NCBI GenBank assembly: GCA_048213135.1
Contig: PS015085.1
Span: 27,456-91,455 of the forward strand
DNA: 64,000 nt
Origin: Reclinomonas americana ATCC 50394
Taxonomy: Eukaryota
Reading direction: 5' to 3'
Shown here: positions 50,343 through 64,000 of the stretch, one piece after another
How the letters are laid out: every line of letters begins with the position of its first letter
Numbering within the stretch: position 1 is the first letter of the stretch
The notes under the pieces: model-generated
What the model was told of the DNA's origin: nothing
The model's database searches: none
The model's input: only the letters and a program-made list of their open reading frames with translations
Translations under genes and position numbers: made by a program

Positions 50343-53231
50343 CTTTCCTTCTCCCCTTTCCCTTCCCTTACTTTCTCCTCCCCTTCTCTGTCCCCTTATC
50401 GCCCGTCCCCTAATATATTCCCTGTGTGTGTAGCGAGACTACGTTCAAAGGGCCACCAGCAAACTCCGAGTGGCGGTGGCCGAGCGCTCACGCAACGTGG
50501 AGGCGATGAAGACGGCGCTCGCAGCCGCCGAGGATCCTGTTGCGTGCCGCCACCCCGTCCGCCTCTCCACTCGTCCACTTCGCGCGCCACTCACCCCTTG
50601 CAGGCGGAGATTGATCGCCTGGTGGACCTTTTCCGGCACCAACTGCAAGACCTCGTGGCACAGGAGGTGCGAGCTCGCCAGCTCGCCATTCAGCGTGAAC
50701 AGGGTGCGCACGTGGTCTCCTCTTTTTCTTGATATCTTTTCTTGTTGTTTATTGATTGACCTCACCAGAGTTCTTGTTGCGCGCCAACCGACAACTGGCG
50801 GAGCTCAATCCCACCAGCGAGTACTTGCAGAGACTTGACATTGCGCGCTGGGAGTCGCTGGACAAGACTCTGGTGGTTCGTGCCGCCTTTCTCACGTCAC
50901 CGACAGAATTCGTGTGTTGCTCATCATTCTCTGCCGCATCACGCACACAGGACTTGCAGGAGAATTTCGAACGTGTGCGCTCCGCCGTTCGTGTCGCCCA
51001 CTCTGTGACCGCCGACGGCGACTCGATCAATCGCTTCGTGCGCGTGTCTGCCTCGCCCGTGGCGCAGACGTCGGCCGCGGACATGCTGGCGGGTGAGTTG
51101 ATACAAATAATGGCTTGTGCGAAACAGCCACTGACACCCTCCGTGTCGCGCAGGTGCCTTGGCCGGTATCAGTGAGAAGCGTCTCAAATCGCTTGCCGAG
51201 TCTCCCGATGCGCGAGCTGCCGCTGCTCGTCCTCCCCCTCTCGCCTACTCTGGCGTCACAGTGTTCGGCGTGCCCTTGTATCGGCAGCCAGCAGAGCAGC
51301 CTGTGGTTTCTGCCCAAGTCGGAGATCGCTCGGCCTCTCCGCTTCCGCCTGCAGATGGTGTTCGAATCAGGGCGTCGCCACAGCCAGCAGCGGGTGGTTT
51401 CGCATTCGGTGCTGCTGCTGCAGCGCCGGCCGAGGCACGTGCGGTTTCGCTCTCACAACGAGCCGCGTTCAGATTAGGTGTACCTGCACAACCAGCTGCG
51501 GCCAAATTTGTGTCGCCTGCTCCGTCTCCGCCGCCAGCGGAGGGTGGTTTCGGATTCAAGGCGGAAGCGCGTGCGGTTAGGTTCGGGCAACGTGCTGTGT
51601 CTCCGCAGCGTGCTCCTCCGCCAGCAGCGGCTGGTTTCGGATTCGGTGCTGCAGCACCTGCACCAAGTCCAGTGGTTGCAGCAATTGAAGCGGCCGCGGC
51701 AGCTGCCAGAGCGTTCCCGAACCTGAAACCTGCACCGCCTGGTTTTGGCATTGGTGGCGCCGCGGCTGCGCAGGCTGCAAAACCCGCATTTGGATTTGGT
51801 GGAGCCGCTGCTGCTGCTGCACAACCTGCGCAACCTGGTTTTGGCCTTGGTGGTGCCGCTGTTGCTGCACAACCTGGGCAACCGGCTTTCGGATTTGGTG
51901 GCGCACAGGTCCAACCTGCTGTTGGATTTGGTGGCGCCGCTGCTGCTGCACAACCTGCGCAACTTGGTTTTGGCTTTGGTGAGTCGGCTGTTGCTGCACA
52001 ACCTGCGCAACCTGGTTTCGGCTTTGGTGGCGCCCCTGCTGCTGCGCAGGCTGCACAACCTGGGCAACCGGCNNNNNNNNNNNNNNNNNNNNTTTCGGAT
52101 TTGGTGGCGCACAGGCCCAACCTGCTGTTGGATTTGGTGGCGCCGCTGCTGCTGCGCAACCAGCGCAACTTGGTTTTGGCTTTGGTGGCGCCCCTGCTGC
52201 TGCGCAGGCTGCACAACCTGCGCAACCGGCTTTCGGATTTGGTGGCGCTGCTGCTGCTGCACAACCTTCGCAACCGGCTGTCGGATTTGGAAGTGCCGCT
52301 GCTACTGCGCAACCTGCGCAACTTGGCTTTGGCTTTGGCGGGGCGGCTGCTGCTGCACAACCTGCTTTCGGCTTTGGTGGCGCCCCTGCTGCTGCGCAGG
52401 CTGCACGACCTGCGCAACCGGCTTTCGGATTTGGTGGCGCTGCTGCTGCTGCACAACCTGCGCAACTTGGTTTTGGCTTTGGTGGCGCCGCTGCTGCTGC
52501 GCAGGCTGCACGACCTGCACAACCTGGTTTCAAACTGGCAAACCAGCCTGCCGGCGGTGGCTTTGGATTCGGCTCTCCCGATGCTCCACCGGCGGCGGCT
52601 GCTGCGAAGCTTGCCCCCGTCGTGAAGAATAAGTCGGATGCTGCGGGGAACGGAAATGCGCCCAAGGAGGCGCCGGCAAATATGCCGAAGGGAAAAAACC
52701 CTGCTGCCCGTGGGTTTGCGAATCCAGCCGCAGGTTTCGACGATCCGCGTGCCGGTCAATTGATCGCCGGATTCGCTCCGGGTTCACGCCCAGACGCCGT
52801 TGGATTCGGCGGAGGCGCAGCCATACGCGTGCACGCGGCTCCGCAGCCCGTTGGATTTGGACCTCATGGTGGTGCTGCTGTTCCGGCTGCCGTCGCTGCC
52901 GCTGCTGCTCCTGTCCCTCCAAAAGGCAAAGTCAGCGACGATGCAATCGACCGCCCCCTCAACCCGTTCCTGCGATTCGCGCGTGCGAAGCAGGAGGAGT
53001 TCAAAGCGAAGGTTTTGTGGGGCGTTTGTGATGCTGTGGTGTTCCTATCCTTGTCAACTGATTGTTGTTGTGCAGCATCCGGATCGCCCGGCCTCGGTGA
53101 TTGTGAAACTCTTGGGTCAGGCGTGGAAGGAAATGTCGGACGCCGAGAAAGCCGTTGCGTCATGCGTGTGTACCTCGTGATTGTCATCTCTCTCGGCACT
53201 CAAAAGTGTCACTCTTCTGCAGACCTACTGA
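47232..53231 (+). CDS. TRIM-like RING + degenerate B-box + coiled-coil protein with FG repeats and a C-terminal HMG box
   Basis: About 14 phase-compatible exons: acidic N-terminus with NLS-like RPKKKKRV; RING CMFC-x12-C-x3-H-x2-C-x2-C...C-x2-C; B-box-like CSLH...LCEQC; helical region 50434-51090; ~24 (G/A/V)FG(F)G repeats; HMG box DRPLNPFLRFA...HPD....IVKLLGQAWKEMSDAEKATY*. Confidence 0.78.
51390..52860 (+). repeat. Coding FG-repeat array (GFGFGG separated by Ala/Gln/Pro spacers)
   Basis: GGTTTTGGCTTTGGTGGCGCC / GCTTTCGGATTTGGTGGC units separated by GCTGCTGCACAACCTGCGCAA. A 20-N gap at 52073-52092 lies inside the array. Confidence 0.9.
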
Positions 53232-53300
53232 GCAAGAGACACACACGTGAAGATTGTCTATGCGATTCTCTATTGTTATTTGGTAATGAAAAAAGCGAGG

Positions 53301-57713
<4,413 letters not shown>

Positions 57714-58054
57714 CACAAAACAACAAAGACAATAAACTCGGGGACATAAGGACACATGCAAGCTGCGAAGCGTAAGTGATGAACAGCTGCGCGAAGTGCC
57801 GAGAAGCAACTGAAGAAGCCTGTTCTTTGTAAACGTGCACTCTTTGCATTTCAGTGCAGGCGAAGAACGTCGTGGTGGAAGTCGAGCTGCATGCAATCAG
57901 CAGCTGTCTCGGAACAACAGTCTCGACGACAGCAATGTTGTTCGCGCTCCCTCTTGGAGCTTCGACCAAGCCAAGAACTGCGATCTGCACAGATAGAAGC
58001 ACTTGGAGCCCCTGTTCTGCAACCAAGTCACAACCCTCACCCTTCAGTCTTCTT

Positions 58055-59287
58055 TCACGGCATACACTCCCTCCCCCGCACCACCCCCACCTCCACCACT
58101 CGCCACTCACTCCACTCACTCCTCGCCCTCCCCGGCGGCGTCTCCCGCTCCCGCCACACCACCTTGCCCGACGCCGTCCGCACCACCATCGTCTGCGACA
58201 CAGTCGAAAACGACGCCGCCAAATGCTCTGGCTCGTGACCGCGCACAAACACCGCCTGACAGCACACCAGCTCATGCTCGTCGCGATAGACACCGGGCCG
58301 GAAGAGCGTCGCATCGCGTAGCCGCTCGTCCACGGGTGGCGCGTCGGCATCGGACCTGCGCTCCTTGTTTAGCAAAGCACACTCGGTGTCGTCGCTGCCC
58401 AAACGAAACATGAGCTCCGCCAAGCCATCGCACAGCTGCTCGACCAGTGCCGACTCGTCCTCTTCACTCGCCTGCAGTGACTCCAGCAGCCTCTGCAGTC
58501 CATCGCGCACCACTTGCGTCTTGGGTCCGTGCGTGGCCTCGTCCAACACCGATCCGTTCGACACGGCCAGCAGCAGAGGCGGGCGCAGAGTGCGTCGCGG
58601 GATCTCCTCATTGTCGTGTGTGGAAAGAGGGCGATTGGTGACGACGAGGACCTCGTGCTCCAGAGGCGCAAACGCGTTGCAGGTGGTCAGTGAGAAGCCG
58701 TGGAAGCGGTGCCACTCGGCAATGTCGTCGGGTGACTCGTCTCCACTGGCGATGTTGCTGTGAGGAGGGAGTGAGTGAGAGGGAAGGAGGGAGGGAGGAG
58801 AATGAGAGAGAGACTCAACACGACGAGTTGTCCTCGCGATCGGGCTCCGCTGCCTGGTGCAGGTGGCGCCACGACATCGCTCACTCGATCGTCGTAGTTG
58901 GTGAGAGCGACAAGGCGACCTTTGAGTCACATGAGTGAGAGAGAGAGATGGAGGAGAAGTGATTGTGTGTCTGTGAGCGGACCTGTGTGGGTGTTGAGAG
59001 CGATAAAGGAGCCTTGGCTTTTGATGTCGAGTGGGCGCAGGATGCCGGTGGAAGGGTCGATGGAGGCGGGTTCACTGTCGCGGCCCTGTGAGTGAGAGAA
59101 AGTGAGAGTGGGGGAGAAGAGAGGGAGGGAGGGAATGAGGACGCACTGGTACTTCGTCGCGATTGAAGGCCAACACCAGTGGGAATGCTGTGTGGAGTGT
59201 GAGTGAGTGCTTTAGTGAACGTGGGAGTGGTGAGGGTGGGGAAAGAGAACTTGGGTGCATGCCGATGGCCAACACGAGGAGGCACAT
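58055..59287 (-). CDS. TANGO2: TANGO2/NRDE-family protein (alternative duplicate first exon with ATG at 59439)
   Basis: MCLLVL...PLVLAFNRDE, LD....GSFIALN..GRLVALTN, SRGQLV, FHGFSL, AVSNG.LD...PK, STVSQT. Five exons. Confidence 0.8.
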
Positions 59288-60145
59288 TGTGATTGAGCTG
59301 TAAATGGTCGTCTACACAAGCGATACGTGCAGAAATGTGCTGCATTGTGTGAGGTGTGTGTGAGTGCTTTAGTGAAGAGTGGCGAGTGTGGAGGAGGAGA
59401 ACTTGGGTGCATGCCGATGGCCAACACGAGGAGGCACATTTGTGATTGAGCTGTAAACGAAGCATTTACACAACGACAGTTTCGCGGGTTGGGCTCTAAC
59501 AAGCTCGGCGGACACCATAAAGCCACTTCATTGATGCGCACAGAATGAAGCACGAAAGCGCTGCGCTACAGATACCCATTGACGAGCTGGCTCTACAGTA
59601 GATATCGAGGAAACAAGAATTCATTCACCAACAGCTGTCTTGATGACCCAAGTTCAACCATATCCAAAACATCAACACAGACACCAATCTTGAGGCAGCA
59701 GCGGGTTCCTTGTGTGTGTGTGTGTGTTCGCTCTCGGAGCTCCGAACAAGTCGAGAACTGCGATCTTCACCGCATAAGCGTGCTTGCCTGNNNNNNNNNN
59801 NNNNNNNNNNACCGCAAACAGCGCGGTTGAACAGTTGCATACATTGGACGCCAGCGTGTATGGTTGCTGTAACACACTGACAGTTGCAAGGTACAGAACA
59901 CAAGCTCGGAGAACCGCAAAAAGATCGAATTATTGTGAATTATTTGACTTTTTTTTCGCTTATTGTCATCATGTCTCCTTCTCTGGTGATCACCATCATG
60001 CGGCTGTGTGTTGCAGCTAGCATCAGCATAGTTGCTGCTGTTGTTGCCTCCACCGAATAGAGGCACTTCGGTTGTGTCGACAGTCGACATCGACCTCGAC
60101 ATCGACCTTTGCATTTCCCTTTTTTTGCTTCTTTGCTTGCGAGAG

Positions 60146-62793
60146 ATGACTGCAGTTGCCCCGTGGGTTTCTCGTCACACCACCAATGCCTCCATTATTC
60201 AACTCTCACGCCAGCCGGATTACATTGGGAGTGGTGGAGAGAAGGGCAATGCGCCTCCGATCACGCTGAAGGCGTATCAGTTGTCGGGTGTGAACTGGTT
60301 GCTGGAGCGCGTGCAGAGTGGCGTCAATTGTGTGTTGGGTGAGTGTGCATTGTGCATTGTGTGCATTTTGTGCATGCATTGATCAATGTCGGAGAAAGGA
60401 GAGCATCACATGTTGTCTCTTCTTCTTGTTCTCCTCCTTGCTCTTCTCCTTCTCCCTCTTGCTCGTCTTTCTTGTTACAGCTCTTCTTCTTCCACCTCTC
60501 TCTTCCTCTTCCGCCGCCGTGCTCTTTTCCTTGCGTGTCTTCGTCTTGTTCTTGTTCTTGTCTTGTCCCTCTCTTTGCTGCTTCTTCTTGTTGACATCAT
60601 TCTCTTCCTCCTTCTCCTCATCCTCTTCTCCTTCTCTGTTCGTCTTGATGCTGTTCTGCATTGACATCAACTTGTCTTCCTCTTCCTCATTGGTCCTTGT
60701 TGTCTCATCCCTCCTCCCCCTCGCTGCTCTTCGTCGTCCTCGCCTTCCTCTTCTCCTCCTCACTCCTCTTCAATAGCTCTTGTTCTTCTTCTTCTTCCTC
60801 TGCTCCCGTTGCCTCCTTTTCTCTCTCTTCGTTGATGCTTGCCTCTTTCTCCCTTGTCTGTTTGCTTCTGCCTGCAAAGTCTCTTCCTTCCTTTCTCTCT
60901 CTTTTGCTCGTTCACTCTCGTTGTCTCTCTTTTCTGGCACATCCTTTTGCGTTGCGCCTGTCTGAGAGAGGAAGAGACGGGTGAGGAAAACGAGAAGAGA
61001 CTGGAGAACATGAGTCTCAGAAGACACTTCTTGTCCTTCTCATTCGTCCATTCCATTTTCTTGTCCTCTCTTGTTCATTCCTTCTCCTCTTCCAATCTCA
61101 CTCTTTTCTCTCTCTGCTCTCCCTCTCCCCCCTTCCGTCCCCCTCCCTCTCCCGTTCCCTCCTTCCCCCCCTTTTCAGGCGACGAAATGGGCCTCGGAAA
61201 AACCATCCAAACCATCACCTTCCTCGCCGCCCTCTACCGCGAATGCAACATCCGCCCACCCTTCCTCATCATCATGCCGCTCTCCCTGCTGCGCAACTGG
61301 CGCGACGAATTCTCGCGCACGCTCAGCCCCGGCATCCTGCGCGTGGTGACCTACGCGGGCGAGCGCAAGGACCGCGAAGCCGTGGAGCAAGAGGTGCTGC
61401 GGTGCGTGCTGCAGCAACCGAAAGAGAAGAGGCGGGATCCGGATCTGCCGTTTGACGTGCTGCTGACGACGTACGATTATTGCTTGCTGGAGGTCGATTT
61501 TCTCAGTCGGTTTATGTGGAGGATGGTGGTGGTGGATGAGGTGGGCGGGGTGGCGAAGGGGGAGGAATGGGGAAAGAGGGGGAGAGAGAGAGACGTCATT
61601 CTTTCTCTCGTTGTTTGTCTCTCGTGTTGCCGAATGTGCCCTCTCGTTCCAATATGATTGTGTCGCTGTTCCTCTCGCCTGTCTTCATTCATTCTCTATC
61701 CTCGCGGTATAGCTGCTCTCTTCGTCCCCATTGGGTACACACTCGTTGCGCCTTCTGTCTCACACGCCATCAATCCTTGCCCGTCACTGCCCGTGTTGAT
61801 TTTACCACTAGGCTGCTCACCGCAGACGCAATTTCAATCACTCGTCTCCTCCTATACTCCTTCTTTCTCACACTCATCATCAGTCCTTGCCCGTCACTGC
61901 CAGTGCTGGCCCTCCCCCACTGTGCTGCTCGCTGCAGACTCAATTGCTCTGTTCTCTTTTCTGCACACCCCCCGAGCTTCTTCAGCTCTTGCCCTTGATG
62001 CTGCTCTCCTGTTTTCTCGCACACATACACAGTCGACTTCCAGCAGTGAGGCTCTTTCTCTCGTTTTCTTTCTCTCTCTCTCTCGTCTCCCTTCGCTGAT
62101 CCAACTCTTTTACCTTCCACAGGCACATCGACTTAAAAACCACAAGAGTCAGCTCTTCAAGAAGCTGACGGAGGAGTACGAGATGCCACGGCGCGTGCTT
62201 CTCACCGGCACGCCGCTGCAGAACAACATTGGCGGTGCGTCATGTTGTTCAGTTTCTAGTTGGTGCGCTGCCTGACTTGTCTTTTCAGAGCTGTGGTCAA
62301 TCCTGCATTTCTTGGATCACAACAAGTTGCGTGACCTTCATGCACGTTCCTCCTTAGTTATCTCTCATTTGTTGCCGCTGCACACTTCCCCATTGCTTCA
62401 TTCCTCATGTGCCCTCCTCCATTCTCGCTCTACTTTCTTTACTTCTCACTCGTTGGTATTGCGCTTCTCCGCTGTCGACATTACACTCTTCTTCCTCTGT
62501 GTCCGTGGTGTATTCTTTCTTGCATTCCTCCTCCTCTGTCGGTGATAGTTTTCTGTGCACTCCTCATGTCTTGCTATCGTTGCTGTAGTCTTGTGGTGTC
62601 AGTGCATTCTTCTTCTTTTGTCATGTGCTTCCACTCGTGTCGCTGCTGCACTCCTCCAATGTCGCCTATGGGCATACCAGTTTCTCATATCCTTTTGTGC
62701 AGGTTCTACGATGTGCGAGACTTCTCTCGAAGATATCGGCAAGCCGACGAGGGCACCGGTGGCGAGGGAGCACAGGAGCTGCATGAAGTGCTG
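60146..62793 (+). CDS. CHD1L: SNF2-family chromatin remodeller, CHD1L/ALC1 (plant CHR10)-like; continues beyond the window
   Basis: LKAYQLSGVNWL, GVNCVLG|DEMGLGKTIQ, LPFDVLLTTYD, VVVDE|AHRLKN, PRRVLLTGTPLQNN, ELWSILHFL. The short N-terminus without chromodomains fits the ALC1 subfamily; the macro domain is not visible. Confidence 0.75.
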
Positions 62794-63116
62794 GTACGTG
62801 TTGACAGTGGATGGCCATTCTCTCTGTGTAACTCAGTGTTGCTCGCATTCGTTGACTCCATCGTCCCTTGTCTCGTTCACGTGTCATCTGTCCATCATGG
62901 ACGCGCCTTTTCTCTCCCTCTGTGTGTGCAACTCTCCTTGTCTTTCTCTGTTCTTCTCGCTGTTTCTTTCTTCTTTTTCTCCCTATCCTTTCTCTCGTTC
63001 TGTGCGTTTTTCTCTCTCTCTCTCTGTCTGTCTGTCTGTTTGCCTGTTTGCCTGTTTGCCTGTCTGCCTGTCTGTCTGTCTCTCTCTCTCTCTCTCTATC
63101 TATCTCTCTCTCACTC

Positions 63117-63258
<142 letters not shown>

Positions 63259-64000
63259 NNNNNNNNNNNNNNNNNNNNNNNNNNNNNNNNNNNNNNNNNN
63301 NNNNNNNNNNNNNNNNNNNNNNNNNNNNNNNNNNNNNNNNNNNNNNNNNNNNNNNNNNNNNNNNNNNNNNNNNNNNNNNNNNNNNNNNNNNNNNNNNNNN
63401 NNNNNNNNNNNNNNNNNNNNNNNNNNNNNNNNNNNNNNNNNNNNNNNNNNNNNNNNNNNNNNNNNNNNNNNNNNNNNNNNNNNNNNNNNNNNNNNNNNNN
63501 NNNNNNNNNNNNNNNNNNNNNNNNNNNNNNNNNNNNNNNNNNNNNNNNNNNNNNNNNNNNNNNNNNNNNNNNNNNNNNNNNNNNNNNNNNNNNNNNNNNN
63601 NNNNNNNNNNNNNNNNNNNNNNNNNNNNNNNNNNNNNNNNNNNNNNNNNNNNNNNNNNNNNNNNNNNNNNNNNNNNNNNNNNNNNNNNNNNNNNNNNNNN
63701 NNNNNNNNNNNNNNNNNNNNNNNNNNNNNNNNNNNNNNNNNNNNNNNNNNNNNNNNNNNNNNNNNNNNNNNNNNNNNNNNNNNNNNNNNNNNNNNNNNNN
63801 NNNNNNNNNNNNNNNNNNNNNNNNNNNNNNNNNNNNNNNNNNNNNNNNNNNNNNNNNNNNNNNNNNNNNNNNNNNNNNNNNNNNNNNNNNNTCTATCTGT
63901 CTCCCCTTGTCTTCCTCTTATCAAGCCCGTCCGTCTCTCTCACGATCACACTCTCGCACCGTGTTGATGACACTATCCTGTTTCCCTGCTTTCCCTCGCA

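Noticed and set aside
51245-52759. Long antisense and alternative-frame ORFs over the FG region
   Set aside because: Shadow ORFs of the GC-rich coding repeat; the apparent frameshift comes from the arbitrary 20-N gap.
62687-62695. Perfect U12 donor motif ATATCCTTT
   Set aside because: It sits in the pyrimidine tract 16 nt before a used AG acceptor, and the CHD1L frame is already satisfied by the 62326-62702 intron.

Overview
Gene-dense, intron-rich eukaryotic DNA (probably a protist) from a gappy draft scaffold. It has many N gaps, several of exactly 20 N, long GA/CA/GACA microsatellites, and TACG-cycle junk beside gaps that suggests 454 pyrosequencing. I spliced genes by hand from motifs and GT-AG boundaries; family calls come from remembered motifs, not searches. 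In order: the 3' end of an intronless, highly repetitive WD40 gene; tRNA-Glu(CTC); a partial kinesin; a HAD phosphatase; an SNM1/DCLRE1-family nuclease and a GLOD4-like gene, both broken by an apparently flipped 1.8-kb contig; TSC2; PAAF1/Rpn14; a ~14-kb Pmp-like beta-helix/Cys-rich multi-pass membrane protein; a MAP kinase; NAA35; a RING-B-box-coiled-coil + FG-repeat + HMG-box protein; DHX33; TANGO2; and CHD1L/ALC1. Most unusual: (1) a large class of 5' splice sites GTTG(C/A)G, the normal donor shifted by one base and used mostly when the exon does not end in G; (2) the TRIM-like/FG/HMG fusion; (3) a ~430-nt highly structured intergenic ncRNA candidate; (4) an AT-AC U12 intron; (5) introns bracketed by complementary microsatellites; (6) HET-E-like hypervariable WD40 repeats.
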